Assembly: GCA_026770705.1 (NCBI GenBank)
Contig: JANJGN010000008.1
Coordinates: 152,086,001 to 152,150,000, forward strand
Source: Isurus oxyrinchus
Lineage: Eukaryota
Length of the DNA: 64,000 bases
Direction: 5' to 3'
The notes under the pieces are model-generated. The model saw only the letters and a program-made list of their open reading frames with translations, had not been told where the DNA came from and ran no database searches. Made by a program: the position numbers and the translations under genes. This document shows, piece by piece, positions 38,662 through 51,299 of the stretch (the first letter of the stretch is position 1; every line of letters starts with the position of its first letter).

Positions 38662-39057
38662 CCACTGAGAGGGATGTGCCGTTTGTATGCTTGACACTAG
38701 ACTCCCGAAGCAACTGCTCTACTCAGAACTCAGCTGTGGGCACTTTAGGGATGTCCACAATGCATTCCTGAAGAGGCCAAATATCCCTGCCGACCCTGGT
38801 TTGTGATCGACCAAAATGGAGAAAGTTCATTCAGGAGGGCAGCAAGCACATTGACAGACTTCATCGGGAGCATGCATAGGCAAAGTTCAGGTGTCGGAGA
38901 GAGTGCACAAGGGAGCTTCACCTCATCTACCTGACCCTTCAAGCACCACCAATCACGCACATGGCAGAGTCTGCAGATTGCAGTCTTGGACATTTCAGCC
39001 ATCTCAGAACCCAAAGAACAGAAACGGAAGCAAATCATCCTCGATCCTGAGGGACTG
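38662..39057 (+). mobile_element. Possible RTE-clade LINE 3' fragment
   Basis: Decayed RLPKQLLYSEL-like coding (agactcccgaagcaactgctctactcagaactc) and an atcctcgat..gagggactg ending. Confidence 0.45.
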
Positions 39058-40472
39058 TGTAAAAAGAGGAGGAGGAAGAAGGCGTGTTTGAGTCTGTTTT
39101 GTTTATAGCCTGTGCTCATCACAATTGTCATGACTGCAGGGCAATCTTAAAAGAAGGAAAGTGGTCACTTTGCCGAGGATGCATGTCCGGAACCCCCATG
39201 TTCACAAGCATTTCCGCATCCATAAGATCTCTCAGCAACAATATTTAAACAGTGAAAAAAGTCTTAAAGGGGCAGAGTAGCAGATTAAGATGATGCACAT
39301 TATATGGAATAAAAGCCTTTCTAATCACCTGTTCCCTCGATTTGAGGCTGATGTTTACTCAAGGTTGCGAGTTTCTGCCATAGGCCACCATATGACTGAA
39401 CAGGCCTATTCTTGCTCGGCAAATCTTTGAGCACATGGGGCAGGACATCTCATGAGGTAGTGGAGTTCAAAGTGCAGGATTTGCTTCCTTCTCTGTTGTT
39501 GCTCTGCCTCATCATTAAGATGTTGAGACTCAATGCGTGATGCAATTTGATGGACAAGTTGCCACCATTCTGAACAATTGGTAGCAAGCTCCTCCAAGGC
39601 ATTTAGCCTCTAGCTTCAAGGAGGGCTTCATAGTGGGGAGGTGATGTTGTTGTGGTATTATTGCTGCGCTAATAATCTGGGGACCTGGGTTCAAATCTCT
39701 GTCATGGCAGCAGATGGTGGAATTTGAATTTAATAAATACCTGGAGAGCTTTGGAGTGTTTCTCCCTGGGACAGTGGCCATTTGAGAGTTGAGACACAGG
39801 GCAAGTGAGGGAGACTGTTTTTGGCCATCCAAACACAGAGCGATGTCCATAATAAAACATTGTCCTGCTTGCCATGAGAAATGGCATAAGAAGTGCAGTG
39901 GCATATATATAACTTCTTGTACCATCCCCTGGCCGCACTGGCTCATGCTGATTTATAGTTCTGCAATGGACCAGCTCTGGTGTCTCATCACAATTTTTCA
40001 CACACTGGCATGTATTGGATGGCAGTCCAATGATGGGGCATCAGCTAGTTCAACTCCTACCAGGCCCTGGACCTGGCACATTTTATTTGGCTCTGCTCCA
40101 CATCAGGCAAGTGCACCTTGACCAAATAATTCAGCGGGAAGTCATGTACAAGTACATTTGGAGAAAACAACAAACTTTGGCACAAATGCAATATGAAGAG
40201 TTCCATATTGAAGTCTAACAAGTAATGAACTTGCTTTTATTGATCGATTTTAAATAGAAACAATTTTACCTTGTATTAGATTAACACAATTTGGCATCAG
40301 TTCTGGGACAAGGGAATGTTTACGAACGTGACCAACAGTAATTTCAAATTTTTATTGTCACTAAAGACCTGCTGGCTACCCTTGGGAGCGAGACTCAGCC
40401 TGAGGCCGTGTTTTCAGGAGGGGGAGAGAAACCTATTAAAAATGGTAGCTTTTTACAGAAAAGAGGAAGAGG

Positions 40473-40868
40473 GGCATTTATATAGCACCTTTCACGGCCA
40501 CCAGATTTCTCAAAGTGCTTTATAGCTAATGAAGTATTTTTGAAGTTTAGTCACTGTTGTAATGTAGGAATTAAAGTAGTAGCACACCGAGGTCCCCACA
40601 AACAGCAATGTGATAATGAGAAATAATCTGTTTTCTGTGAAGTTAATTGAGGCATAAATATTGACCAGGATACTGGGGCTGGCCCTCCTGCTCTTCTTCG
40701 AAATGGTGCCATTGGATCTTTTACATCCAACTGACAGACGGACCTTCCGACAATGCAGTACTCCCTCAGTACTGCAATGGAGTGGCATTCCCGATTTTTC
40801 CTCTGTGCGTAAATCCTGGAGATGGACTTAAACCCAGAGGCATGAGTGCTACCACGTAAGCTATGGCT
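40473..40868 (-). mobile_element. Deu-domain SINE
   Basis: Reverse complement of the tail, Deu core (ctgctcttcttcgaaat.gtgccattggatcttttac) and tRNA-like head. Confidence 0.75.
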
Positions 40869-41224
40869 AACGCAGCTTCTCTCAAATTTGAATGAACACC
40901 ATCTCTAGTGTAAAACGAATCATCTTTTGATTAGACCTTACATCAGATGAGTTTAAAGCAGAATGCATCAGTTCACCTTACAAAACCTGCCAGCTTATTT
41001 GAATATTTCCATGCATATCTGCCATGTGTGTCTTGGTATTTGGGACATGCTCACCTGGCCCATGTTTTTTAAGGCTACTACAATGGAAATAAAAACCATG
41101 CAAGATGTAAAGCAGGCTTCCAACTTGTTATTACACTCTGTTTTATACTTGCACCAAGTCCGGATCTACTCCAATATATTGTATACCTTACAGGTAATAT
41201 TGATTGTTCATAGGCTGTTGGAAA

Positions 41225-41582
41225 ATATTTAAGATTCTGAGGGGCATGGACAGGGTAAATAGTGAGAAACTGTTCCCACTCAAGAAGCATCAGGAATTAG
41301 GGGGCACAGATTCCCAAAAAATTGGCAAAAGGAGTAAATGTGATGTGAGGAAAAGTTTTTTCACCCAGAGGGTGGTTGGAGTCTGGAACAAACTTCCTGA
41401 GAGTGGTGGAGGCAGGTTCGATCGAGGTATTCAAAAGGGAATTGGATTGCTACCCGAAAAGAGAGAATGTGCAAGGTTACAAGGATAAGGCAAGGGCAGT
41501 GGACTGGGTGGAATGCTCTTTCAGTGAGCCAGTGCAGACTCGATGGGCTGAATGGCCTCCTTCTGCATTGTCAAGATTCTGT
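41225..41582 (+). mobile_element. CR1 LINE 3' end
   Basis: FKILRGMDRVNSEKLFP..RKSFFTQRVVGVWNKLP and gggctgaatggcctccttctg tail. Confidence 0.85.
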
Positions 41583-42539
41583 AAAAACATCAGAGACCAA
41601 ATGCCGAAATGCTCAAATTTAGAGAAACTCCGATGAAATTGTACAATGTCAATAAAATGTATGAAAATGCTCCTGGCTCTATTAATATTGTAAAATTTAT
41701 TGACTGTATATAAATGTTATTATTTATAGCTGTCAGTTAGAGTACATTTCCAGGCATATGTTTATGAGAAAAATGAGGGACAGCTCTTGAAGCTATTTCA
41801 ATATATTGAAACTTTCCATCAGCCGAATAGGCGAGGGATAAAAATAGGAAACATTGGGCTAAGCAATGTGCATGCTGGCTATATAATAATATCTCTAAAT
41901 GTTTGTAACTCCTGCTGCAAGGAAATGGAAACAGGTTGCTCGTACTTTCCCTTTCCCTTCAATCTTCTCACCTTTTCACTGGATGGTGACTGCTATTGGA
42001 GGTTTGGTCAACAGCCAAATTCATTCATGTGGCCATTCTCCAGAACCAGTGGGGAAGCAGGTTCTTACTTCCATGGAAGGCAGCACAGTCGAGCAAAGCC
42101 TTGTCCTCAATCAATAGCCACAAAGGACACTCGCAAGTGGGGCTGACAGGATGGTTATAGCGAAAGGGAGCACTGGCTGATTCTTTTGTTTTCTGCTTCT
42201 ATTACATTGGGAAGGCGGGGGTCCATTATTGCACCAATATTTTCAGTCAGTTATAAAATTAACTTGGTATGTCTTTCTAATTCTGAATTATCAGCCTCTG
42301 CCATAAGTGGGCCCCATGACCCTAACAACTAGGGATTTATCATTATGGCCCGATATCTAGTCATGTGGTAACATGAAATGGAGGATGTAACAATGAAACC
42401 CCTCCTCAACCAAACTGGATGCGGAAATCATGCACAAGTTACTTCCTCCCATCTCCTGTCCTGTGATTCCTACCTCAAATCCTGGAATTTCTGCCTCATT
42501 CCAGGGTAAAGTGGCCCACTTCAGAGAATTTACCACAAA

Positions 42540-42900
42540 ATCTTGAGTACAATGCTGAGGGAATGCTACACTGTCAGAGATGCCACTTTTTTGGGTGAGA
42601 TGTTAAACCAAGGCCAAGTTTGAGCCTGTAATGTAAAAGATCCCATGGAACTGTGTTGAATATCAGCAGCAGAGGTTTTCCTGGTGTCCTGGCCAATACT
42701 TATCTCTCAACCAACATCACTGAAAGAGACTGTGCAGTCATTTTCACATTGCTGCTCATGGGAGCTTGCTGTGCGCAAATTGGCTGCTGTCTTTCCCGTA
42801 TTACATCAGTGACCACATTTCAAAAATGCACTTCATTGGTTGTAAAGTGCTTTGGATACACTGAGATCATGAAAGGTGCTATATAAATGCAAGCCTTTTT
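42540..42900 (+). mobile_element. Deu-domain SINE
   Basis: gtaaaagatcccatgg..ggtgtcctggccaat core and tgaaaggtgctatataaatgcaag tail. Confidence 0.75.
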
Positions 42901-43224
42901 ATTGGTAAATAAACTTTAAATATGAGTGTCACAATCTGTTAATATCGATAACTCGAGATACTTGAAAACAAATGGTTGAATAGATTTAAACACTCTGTGG
43001 CTCTCGAGACAGCTGGGCATCCCACTGAGGTAGAAAACGTGGGTGACGCTGCATTTAAGCACGAGGATCTTATGGAGAGATTTGCATTTTATTTATATGG
43101 AACAGTGGATCCTTTTTAATGATCACAGAACTGTGAGCTAGATGACACGTTGACATAACACTGCACACTGCAAAACCAAAGTTCTGAAACCTCACCAAAG
43201 ACCCAGGATTAGATGATAGCCTTG

Positions 43225-43630
43225 AAATTGCTCCTCTGCCATGACTTCAAGTCCAGAGGTTTGAACACATAATCTAGGCTGACGTTATAAGTGCAGCACT
43301 GAAGGAGTGCTACACAGTTGGAGGTGTTGTCTTTTGTTAAATGTTAAATTGGGGCCCCATCTGCTCACTCAGGTGGACATAAAAGAGACAAGAGCAGGGG
43401 AGTTATCCTTGGGGTCCAGGTCAATATTTATCCTTCTACCAACATCATTAAAATAGATATGCTGGTCATTACATCGTTGCTATGTCTGGGATCTTGCTGT
43501 GTACAAATTAACTGTCACCGTTTCCTAAATTACAACAGTGGCTATACTTCAAAAGTCCTTCATTGACTGGAAAATGCTTTGTGATGTCCTGAGGCCATGA
43601 AAAGTGCTATATAAATGCAAATTTTTCTTT
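43225..43630 (+). mobile_element. Deu-domain SINE
   Basis: Colinear with 42540-42900, plus the head region. Confidence 0.75.
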
Positions 43631-43665
43631 CTTCTATCACCACAGCGAAAGCTTTTAAAAACCTA

Positions 43666-43782
43666 GGACGGATTCTTACACCAGTGGGATTTTACAGTCT
43701 TGCCAAAGTCAATGGAGTTTCGAATGGCTCATCATATTTTGCAGCCCCTTTCCCACCACAACAAGGAGATAAAATTCCGGCC
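43666..43782 (+). mobile_element. 117-bp mini-MITE
   Basis: Right end AAAATTCCGGCC, degenerate left end, and core gccaaagtcaatggagtttcgaatggctca shared with the 24678 copy. Confidence 0.6.
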
Positions 43783-45893
43783 CCAATTTCACAGTTTGCA
43801 CTGTTTCTGTGATGTACCTTGTGTCAACATTTTGTCACGTCATGGCAACAGCAGGATGACAACCCGAGCTGTACCTTCGAGAGAGGCAGGATGAAGGAGA
43901 GCAGAAATTCACAGGAGCGTGATGTACTCTAGCAGGTATCTCGTGTGCTTCTCTTACACGGGCCGGCATTGCCTGTGAGCAGCTGGATACAGGGCCTTGC
44001 TTTGGGCTATCACAACAGCCAGCTGGCCAGCTGGCACCTTCTGTCCGAATTGGGTGAACAGCGCAACTGGCAGCTGATTGAAGCACGATGAGGAATCCAG
44101 TGCGGGGTTGGCGTTCACTCGCACAGGCTTGCTGCCAGGGGCTAAAAAAACTGCCCTAATGAGATGGGAAGCCTTGCTGGAACTTTCAAAAGGGACATAG
44201 ATCTGGAAAGGTGAAGTGTGTAAGGAAAGGGCAGGCGTGGAATGGGAGTTATTAGATAGCCCCTTGTAAAGAACTGGCACAGGCACATTGGACTGAATGG
44301 CTCCCTGTGCTGTGCATTTCTATGAGAATGGGATGAGGCTGGTGGTCATCATTGCCCACTTGTTACAAGGTTGTAAGAAGCTGATAGTCAAAGTGCCAGT
44401 TGGATAAACAGATGATGCCAAGTTGGCGCGCAGTGTTTGCTACAACAAGCATTCTGGAGTAATGGCACGGCGTCTGAGAGACAGCATGGTGACACATAAT
44501 GAGCAACTGCCATGACGAGAAGAGCAGAACATTAAAAATGCTCCCTGTTGATATCAATCAAGAAGTCGACTTCAAATGCCAGAAGTAAAATATGTTATCA
44601 AAATGGAAATAGCTGCCTGAGATCCAACGATAAATGCCAGGCTGGTCATCAAATGTTAAACAGTGGGAGAGCACCAAGAGTGAGCATGATTCGAGCAGAC
44701 TGCATTTATCATGACATGGCTCAAATTGTTCATGCACTGTACCTCAGAATGTTTATTTTGCCTGAAAGAAATCTACCTCATTTGATTTTATTGAAATGAT
44801 GAATCGGTGCCATATAACACAAGATAGTTATTAATGAATCCAACAGGAAAATTAGGAGAAGTGTCTTTGTTTAGAGAGCGCAGTTAGAATGTGGGACTCG
44901 CACTACAGAAAGCAGTTAAGGCTTAGAATTGCTTAGATGCTCTCGGAGGGAAACCAGACAGGCCCATGAGAGAAGCCAGACTACAAAGCTGTGCTGAAGG
45001 CTGCATTTGGTGATGCTGCAACTGCAGAGGGTGCACTTCCCACCCATATGCAACTGCGGTCTCCATACTAGTATTTTCCACTATATCATTACGTTCTATT
45101 CTTAATCCTCATAAGCCTGGAATCAAAGATATCCATTCCATATTATATCTTTGCCTCAATTTTTGGTCATAAAATTACTCTATGGGCTGGTAAGAAATCT
45201 ATATCCCACTATTTAATAGCATATTCTGTAAGGTTTGTAGTATTGTAATTGATTAATCCTTAATAATTCATCAAATCTGGTATCTGATTACTACTGAAGA
45301 TAACATACAACACAAAAGTAAACTTGAACTCCTCTCAGTTCTAATATGTACTCAACTGACTGGGAAAACTGCGCATGCATGGCTGAACACAATGTAATGT
45401 GAATACACACACGCAAAGAAACCTTCATGTTAGGAGAGACAATGTATGCTGAAAGGCAGAGATGAGATAGATGGAATGGGAGGAGGCTTCTATGGACTAT
45501 AAAAACCAGCGCAGAGTAGTTGGACTGAATGGCCTGTTTCTGTTCTATATATTCTATGTAATTCAACACTAGCTTCCTTCCCAGGAAGTCCATCCGATAG
45601 ATTGAACACTCACTACCAAGACTCGTGCCTGCAGGGCTGACTACCCAAAACACACCTCTTGCGTTAACAGTAGAGACTGGATAAGTAAAACTCACAGGAC
45701 AAAGACTATATAGAAGCAAAGTTTAATAAACTTCAACAACCAGAATGTTGTCTTACACAATGAATCTGCCAAGCATGAACCAAGTTTGCAGTAAGGTAAC
45801 AGGAGCAGGTTGTGGACTAGATGGGCCAAATAGCTTCCTTTAAAAAAATTCGTTAATGGGATATGGGTGTCGCTGACTAGACCGGCATTTATT

Positions 45894-46429
45894 GAGGCCA
45901 TTGACAGGATAATTAAAACAATGAAAGGACCTGCCCGTCCAACCTTAAGGTTGGTGGGCAGGCCAGGAGCCCGGGCAGGCTTCTGAAAAAACATGAAACC
46001 TCATCTACCAGTGGGATGAGGTTTCATGTCGGTTTTAAAAAACTTTATTAAAGTTTCAGTGAAATTTATTAACATGTCACATCTCGTGTGACATTGTTAC
46101 CTGAGGGGGACATGTTAAGGATTTTAATATTTTTCTATTTTTAAATTTTATACAACTGTCAGCGATCTCCCTGTGGCAGCACTTAGCCTCAGGGAGATGT
46201 GCGCTCTTTCATGCGCATGTGCGACAGAGTGCACTCTCACGTTAGGGGAATCCCCCCCCCCCCCCGCTCACACAGGAAGTGCAGCGCTTCCTGTCCCGCG
46301 TCATGCCGGGTGGGCCTTAATTGGCCCGCCCACTTAAAATGGCGGTGGGGCCCGCTTCTCCGGCGAGGATTGGCTCCCCGCCCGCCGGAGATTGGGTCTG
46401 GCCCGCCCGACAGGCAGAAAATTCTGCCC
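45894..46429 (-). mobile_element. Harbinger-type MITE (family A related), one end deleted
   Basis: Ends in AAAATTCTGCCC (46418-46429) and is the reverse complement of most of 37466-38000. Confidence 0.8.
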
Positions 46430-48930
46430 AGTGACTCTGACTATTCGGCCTTTCGAGCCTGTTTCACCATTCAATGAGATTGGGACCAATCTGTATCTTA
46501 ACTCCATCCACCTGCTTTGCTCCCATATCTTTAAACACCTTTACCTACTTTAATTAATCTATTAAGCTCAGTTTTGAAATTTTCAATTTATCTATGGCAG
46601 GAGTTATTTTCGTTATCTTGGAACACAAACCTATGTATTTATAACTGATTTTTAATGTTTCTTTGGTCAGGATATACAGACCAGACACAATATGAAGAAC
46701 ATATGGTGGAAAAAAGGAAATGAAGTGTGGAAAATGAGAATAGGTACAGATTGAGAAACGGGAAGGAAAGTCTAATTTGACCATAATCCTTGATTGTCAT
46801 AGAAGTTGCATTCAGCTGGACCGAGGAAGCCACTTTCTGCAGGATGGATGGATGGATGCCAAGTATTTAGGTTAATGGGACAATCTCATTAATCAAATGA
46901 ATATGTTTATGATGACATGATTCCTGCAAAGAACAGCTCAATGAGCAGCACAATACACTGGAACCTTAAAGGCACCGGCAGCATCCCAAGGCTCAGCTCA
47001 TAGATCAGTAAACCTAATATTTTCATTTTAGATTGTGTGTGTGCAGCATTACTGCATACAGTATTTATACATCACATATAATTAGCACCTTGCCACCTTA
47101 CACAAGTGACGATCCAAACACTTTCCTTGCAGATTGTCTAAAATGGATCTTAGACAGGAAATCCAGCAAATCCAGTACCATGCAAAATCATCAGTGTGGG
47201 AACTGCACTCCTGGGCAGGGCACAAGCCTGGTGGGATTGGGGGGGGTGGGAATGGAATTTCTTGTGTGTTTGTGTCCAGAGACGCACACAATTGAGGCGT
47301 CGATGCAAAGACCTAATGTAAAAGATCGAGCAAACTGGGGTGCAATCGCATTATACGCATAATTACACCCACACCCTTACTCCCGAGATCTTTTATGCCC
47401 GACTGCACCTGGGCTCTGTGTGTGGTTCTACCCCAGGCTAAACAGCCATACACGTGAATTTCCTGCAATCACCGTGGTTCAAAACGTCTTGATATTCCTG
47501 GTGAGGTTTTCATGGCTGAATTGCAGTTGGATACCTGCTTGTCTCGATTGGTAGCATTGGCACTTCCTAAATCAGAGGTTTATCGATTCAAGTCCAATCC
47601 GAGGATTTAAAAGCCTAAACTAGGCTGACGCTTCAGTGCAGTACTGAGGGAGTGCTGTGTTGTCTTTTGTAGGTGACGATTGGCTTCATAAACTCGGGAT
47701 TGAGAGAGAAAAAGTCAGCCAGGATTTTTTCTTTGTGGCTGCTCTCTCCCTTAACACCTGCTGGTTTGAGTGTGTGTATGTTGGCGCGGGGTAAGGAGAA
47801 GATTATGACGCCCCCTGTGGTTGGTTAGCCATACTAAATGGCTAGCCTCCCAGATTAAAATTGGTCACTAATGGGAGACAATCAGTGCCTGTGGAGTAGT
47901 CCGGACCCTTGGGAGAGAAGTAGAGAAACCTGACAACAACCTGGAATCATTGCATCAAGGATAGATCTCTTTTCACATAAATGGCACCGCATTGAAATAT
48001 GCCATTTGGGCCAATTGGTCAGTGCTGGTGTTTATGTTCCATATACCATGCTCTCACTCTTCTTCTGCACAACCCATCAGCCAATCCTTTCTCCCTCATT
48101 CCCTAGCTTAAATGCATACATAATATTCGCCTCAACCGCTGCTGTAGTAGTGAGTTTTGCATTCTAGCTGCTCTCTGGGTAAAGCAGTTTCTCCCGAATT
48201 CCTTACTGGATTTATTAGCGGCTACCTTATATTTATAGCCCCTAGTTTTGGTCTCCCACACAAGTGGAAACATCCTCTCCATGCCAACTCTGTTGTTTTA
48301 GAATGCCCTCATCCTCAGACTTTGCAAAGTGGCCTGCGGAGGTCTCTTGCACTCCACGTATACATGGCCTGGTACAAGAAGTCATGTTTACACCTGCGTG
48401 TCTGCACCCTTTAAGGAATGTTAGTCGATCAGCTGCCCATGGTGGGGGAGGTGGGAGTGGGAGGAGGAAATCAGGAGAGCACAGCTGGCAGGCTGTGTGT
48501 AATTTTCACCTTCTTGTTAATGACCTTGTGGAAGATTAGAGTGGCCTTGTCCATATGCCGATAGATTATGCTCACGGGCAGCTGGTACTTGTGTCTGAGA
48601 CCAGGGACGTTTTCATTAGAAGCTGACATGGGACTGCCCTCGCCATCGTCAATTCTCCACTGTCAGCCCCTTGGAAAGAAGAAGACTTGCTGAAGTGATT
48701 TATTGAAGACCATCAATTTTTTGCTCTTGGGAAGTAAGCGTGGGCCTGGAAAGATTATTGCAGAACTATAGCTCAATTATGTGGATGCGCTTTGCTCAGT
48801 CTGTCAAATCTTCATTTTAAAACAAAAACAAACTATCATGTAGTGAGAGAGGAAATGTGCTCGGTCGCTTTATCCCCATCCACAATTTCTTATTTCTCCC
48901 CTCCCCCGCTGTTTTCTGGATGCTGCTGAC

Positions 48931-49239
48931 CAGGGATTGCCAACATTCCAGGACTTTCTTGGAGTCTCAGGAATTAAACATTAATCTCCTGGTCACTGAA
49001 GTGAGAAACACTAGGAGAGAAATTGCTTAGGGGAATTTTTAAAAAAACTGTGAAGTTTTTCTTAATTTCCTTTCAACAGTTTTTTTTCAGTTGTTAGATA
49101 CAAACATATTGGAGGCGGGGTTGGGGGTGGGATGCTGGGAAGAAGGCTGTTTGACTGGGCTAAGCAGTGGAGATGGAGGAGGTTGGGGTTCATGTAGCGA
49201 AACCTCCAGGAATACTTGCAGCCAGAGTTGGCCACCCCA
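48931..49239. mobile_element. hAT-type MITE
   Basis: Termini CAGGGATTGCCAAC / GTTGGCCACCCCA. The 8-bp flanks ctgctgac / gtgctgac (7 of 8) fit the hAT TSD length. Confidence 0.65.
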
Positions 49240-49349
49240 GTGCTGACACCTGCTGGGGTATAGGCCCTGGAGACAGGCTGGGAGGGGAGAGGCCTCATGA
49301 AGAAGGCCTCATGAAGACATTGGTTGGAGGGCCCGAGGTCCTGCCACTG

Positions 49350-50056
49350 CCACAGGATTTTATCAATGGCAGAAATGGCAACTCGCAGCTGCCCGCCAAC
49401 CATAAACGGGCAGCCATTTACTTCAACAATTTAGTCAGTAAACGGCACTTAATTGCCATCGGCCCTTTACCAGCGTCAGGTCAGGCCTCCGCTGCACGGG
49501 GAGACCACCAGATACATTGAGATGGCCTCCCAGTGGATTCAAAGGGGTGGGGGCCCTTTTGTTTCTGGCCACTTCAGGGACCTTTCGCCTCTGGCTGCTC
49601 AATGACCCACGGAGGGCACTCCCCCCGCTTCCCCCCTCCAACCTCCACCTCCCACAACCCCCACGGCTCAGGTGCTGCCACTGGAGGCTCCAGCCCTCCA
49701 ATCACCGGAGCCTGATTTCCTGGCCTGGGAATATTAGATAAGAAAACCTAGCTGGCCTTCGAGGGCACCTTAACATGGTGGGGGGGGGAGGTATCCTCTT
49801 CTTCTTCCTGCTGCCTCAGCAACAGCCACCTCTATCAGCGGCATGCTGAGGCTGTCGAGCTGTGGGCTCTCTCATTGGGCTGGCAGCTCTGAAAGGCAAC
49901 CCACTGTCCTTAAACTGGCAGCCGCCTGGCAGCGCCTCTTAATTGGTCGCCGCCGGTGACAGCCCACCTGCGTTCCTTCCGTGTGCCCGTGCAGGCTCGG
50001 GGTCCATTTTTTGGCCCCGGCGACAGGAGCTTCTAGCTGAGGGAAAAGTTCCGGCC
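49350..50056. mobile_element. GC-rich non-autonomous DNA element, probable MITE
   Basis: Right end AAAAGTTCCGGCC resembles the other Harbinger-like termini. The left end is uncertain. Confidence 0.4.
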
Positions 50057-50148
50057 ATAGTTTCACTAATCGCGATTGCTCGGCGGTGTCTCAGGGCAGA
50101 ATCGTCTGCTCCCATTGTCGGCGGGCCGCATGGTGGACGTGAACGGAC

Positions 50149-50560
50149 AACATGGCTGATGATACCCGTGCGGTGGCCTCAGACAGTATAATGAGGGTCA
50201 TACTGCGACCTGGACTTCGGTGGAGCAAACGACAGGCGTTTTGAAAATGAGGTTCCGGTGCCTCGAAAGGTCCAGGGGAGCACTGCAATACAATCGCCAG
50301 AGGGTATTGCGCATCATCGCAGCTTGCTGCACGCTGCATAACCTGGCATTGAATTGGGGGAGGACCTGGCTGAGGAGGAGATGGAAGAGCTGCACATCTC
50401 CTCCAATGAAGAGGACGTTGAACAGGATAATGGTGATTAAGTCGTCGAAGGTGAGGATGCCGGCGATGAGAGTGTCACGCTGGCCAGATGAGGCAGGTGC
50501 ACTCGGGCGGCCCTCATAGCCGCAAGATTCGTGGAGGATGACGACAAGATACAGTGAGGA
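50149..50560 (+). pseudogene. Harbinger transposase C-terminal relic
   Basis: TWLMIPVRWPQT, VEQTTGVLKMRFRCLERSRGALQY..RVLRIIAACCTLHNLAL and an acidic tail. Confidence 0.88.
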
Positions 50561-51135
50561 CAGTCCTGACATCCTCACCTTGCATCTGTGAATGTCTGAC
50601 TCCTGTCTGGCTGAGGGCAGCTCACTCATGGTCTGTGATCAGGGTCATATCATGGAGATGCAGTTGTGAAACTTTAAATGCACCTGATCTTTTGTCAGCC
50701 TTCAGCACCTGACCCCTTCAGGAGCACAGGGTCACCGGACACAGATGCTGAAGAGATGGGGTCCAGCCCCACCTCAAAGGTGCTGAGAACACACAGAGAG
50801 AATGATGAAACTCAGTGACGCCTGCCCACGACATTCTGGCAGCAATGATCAGCACCATCGAGGTGCAGGCATCAGTAATGTGTCCAGTGAAAGTGAAGCT
50901 GGACCATCACTTTGGTCTGAAGATTACAAATTGCACAAGGAAGAGGCCCTGGACTGAGACACCTGCCTTTATCTTGTGCAGGAACCAAGGTTTCACATCT
51001 GAGTGACACAAACACTGCTCATTATAACAAGGAGCCACAGGCAAGGAGACATTCTTGGGAGTTTATTTATAATCGTGAACATTATGTACAAGTGATTAAC
51101 ATCCGTGCCCAGGCTGTGAAACTACACCTTCTTAA

Positions 51136-51265
51136 AGCCAAGTGATTATGGTACTGGGCTTGTAACCCCAAGATCAAGAGTTCAAATCTCACAATGGCAA
51201 ACTATGAAACAATGTAACTTCATCTGAATAGGAACAGATGGAAACGTGTTTGTACTCGAAAGAGT
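51136..51265 (+). mobile_element. 130-bp tRNA-Thr-like SINE with 13-bp TSD
   Basis: TSD tacaccttcttaa at 51123-51135 and 51266-51278. A-box agccaagtgatta, anticodon arm ggg-ctTGTaa-ccc and B-box gagttcaaatctc. Absent from the sister element at ~60597-60612. Confidence 0.85.
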
Positions 51266-51299
51266 TACACCTTCTTAACCTTCCTAACCCTGCCTTGAT

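Noticed and set aside
38059-38713. ORFs of ~200 aa
   Set aside because: Artefacts of translating the N gap.
51136-51200. Functional tRNA-Thr gene
   Set aside because: The 5' acceptor-stem strand is missing and the sequence sits in a TSD-bounded insert, so it is a SINE head.
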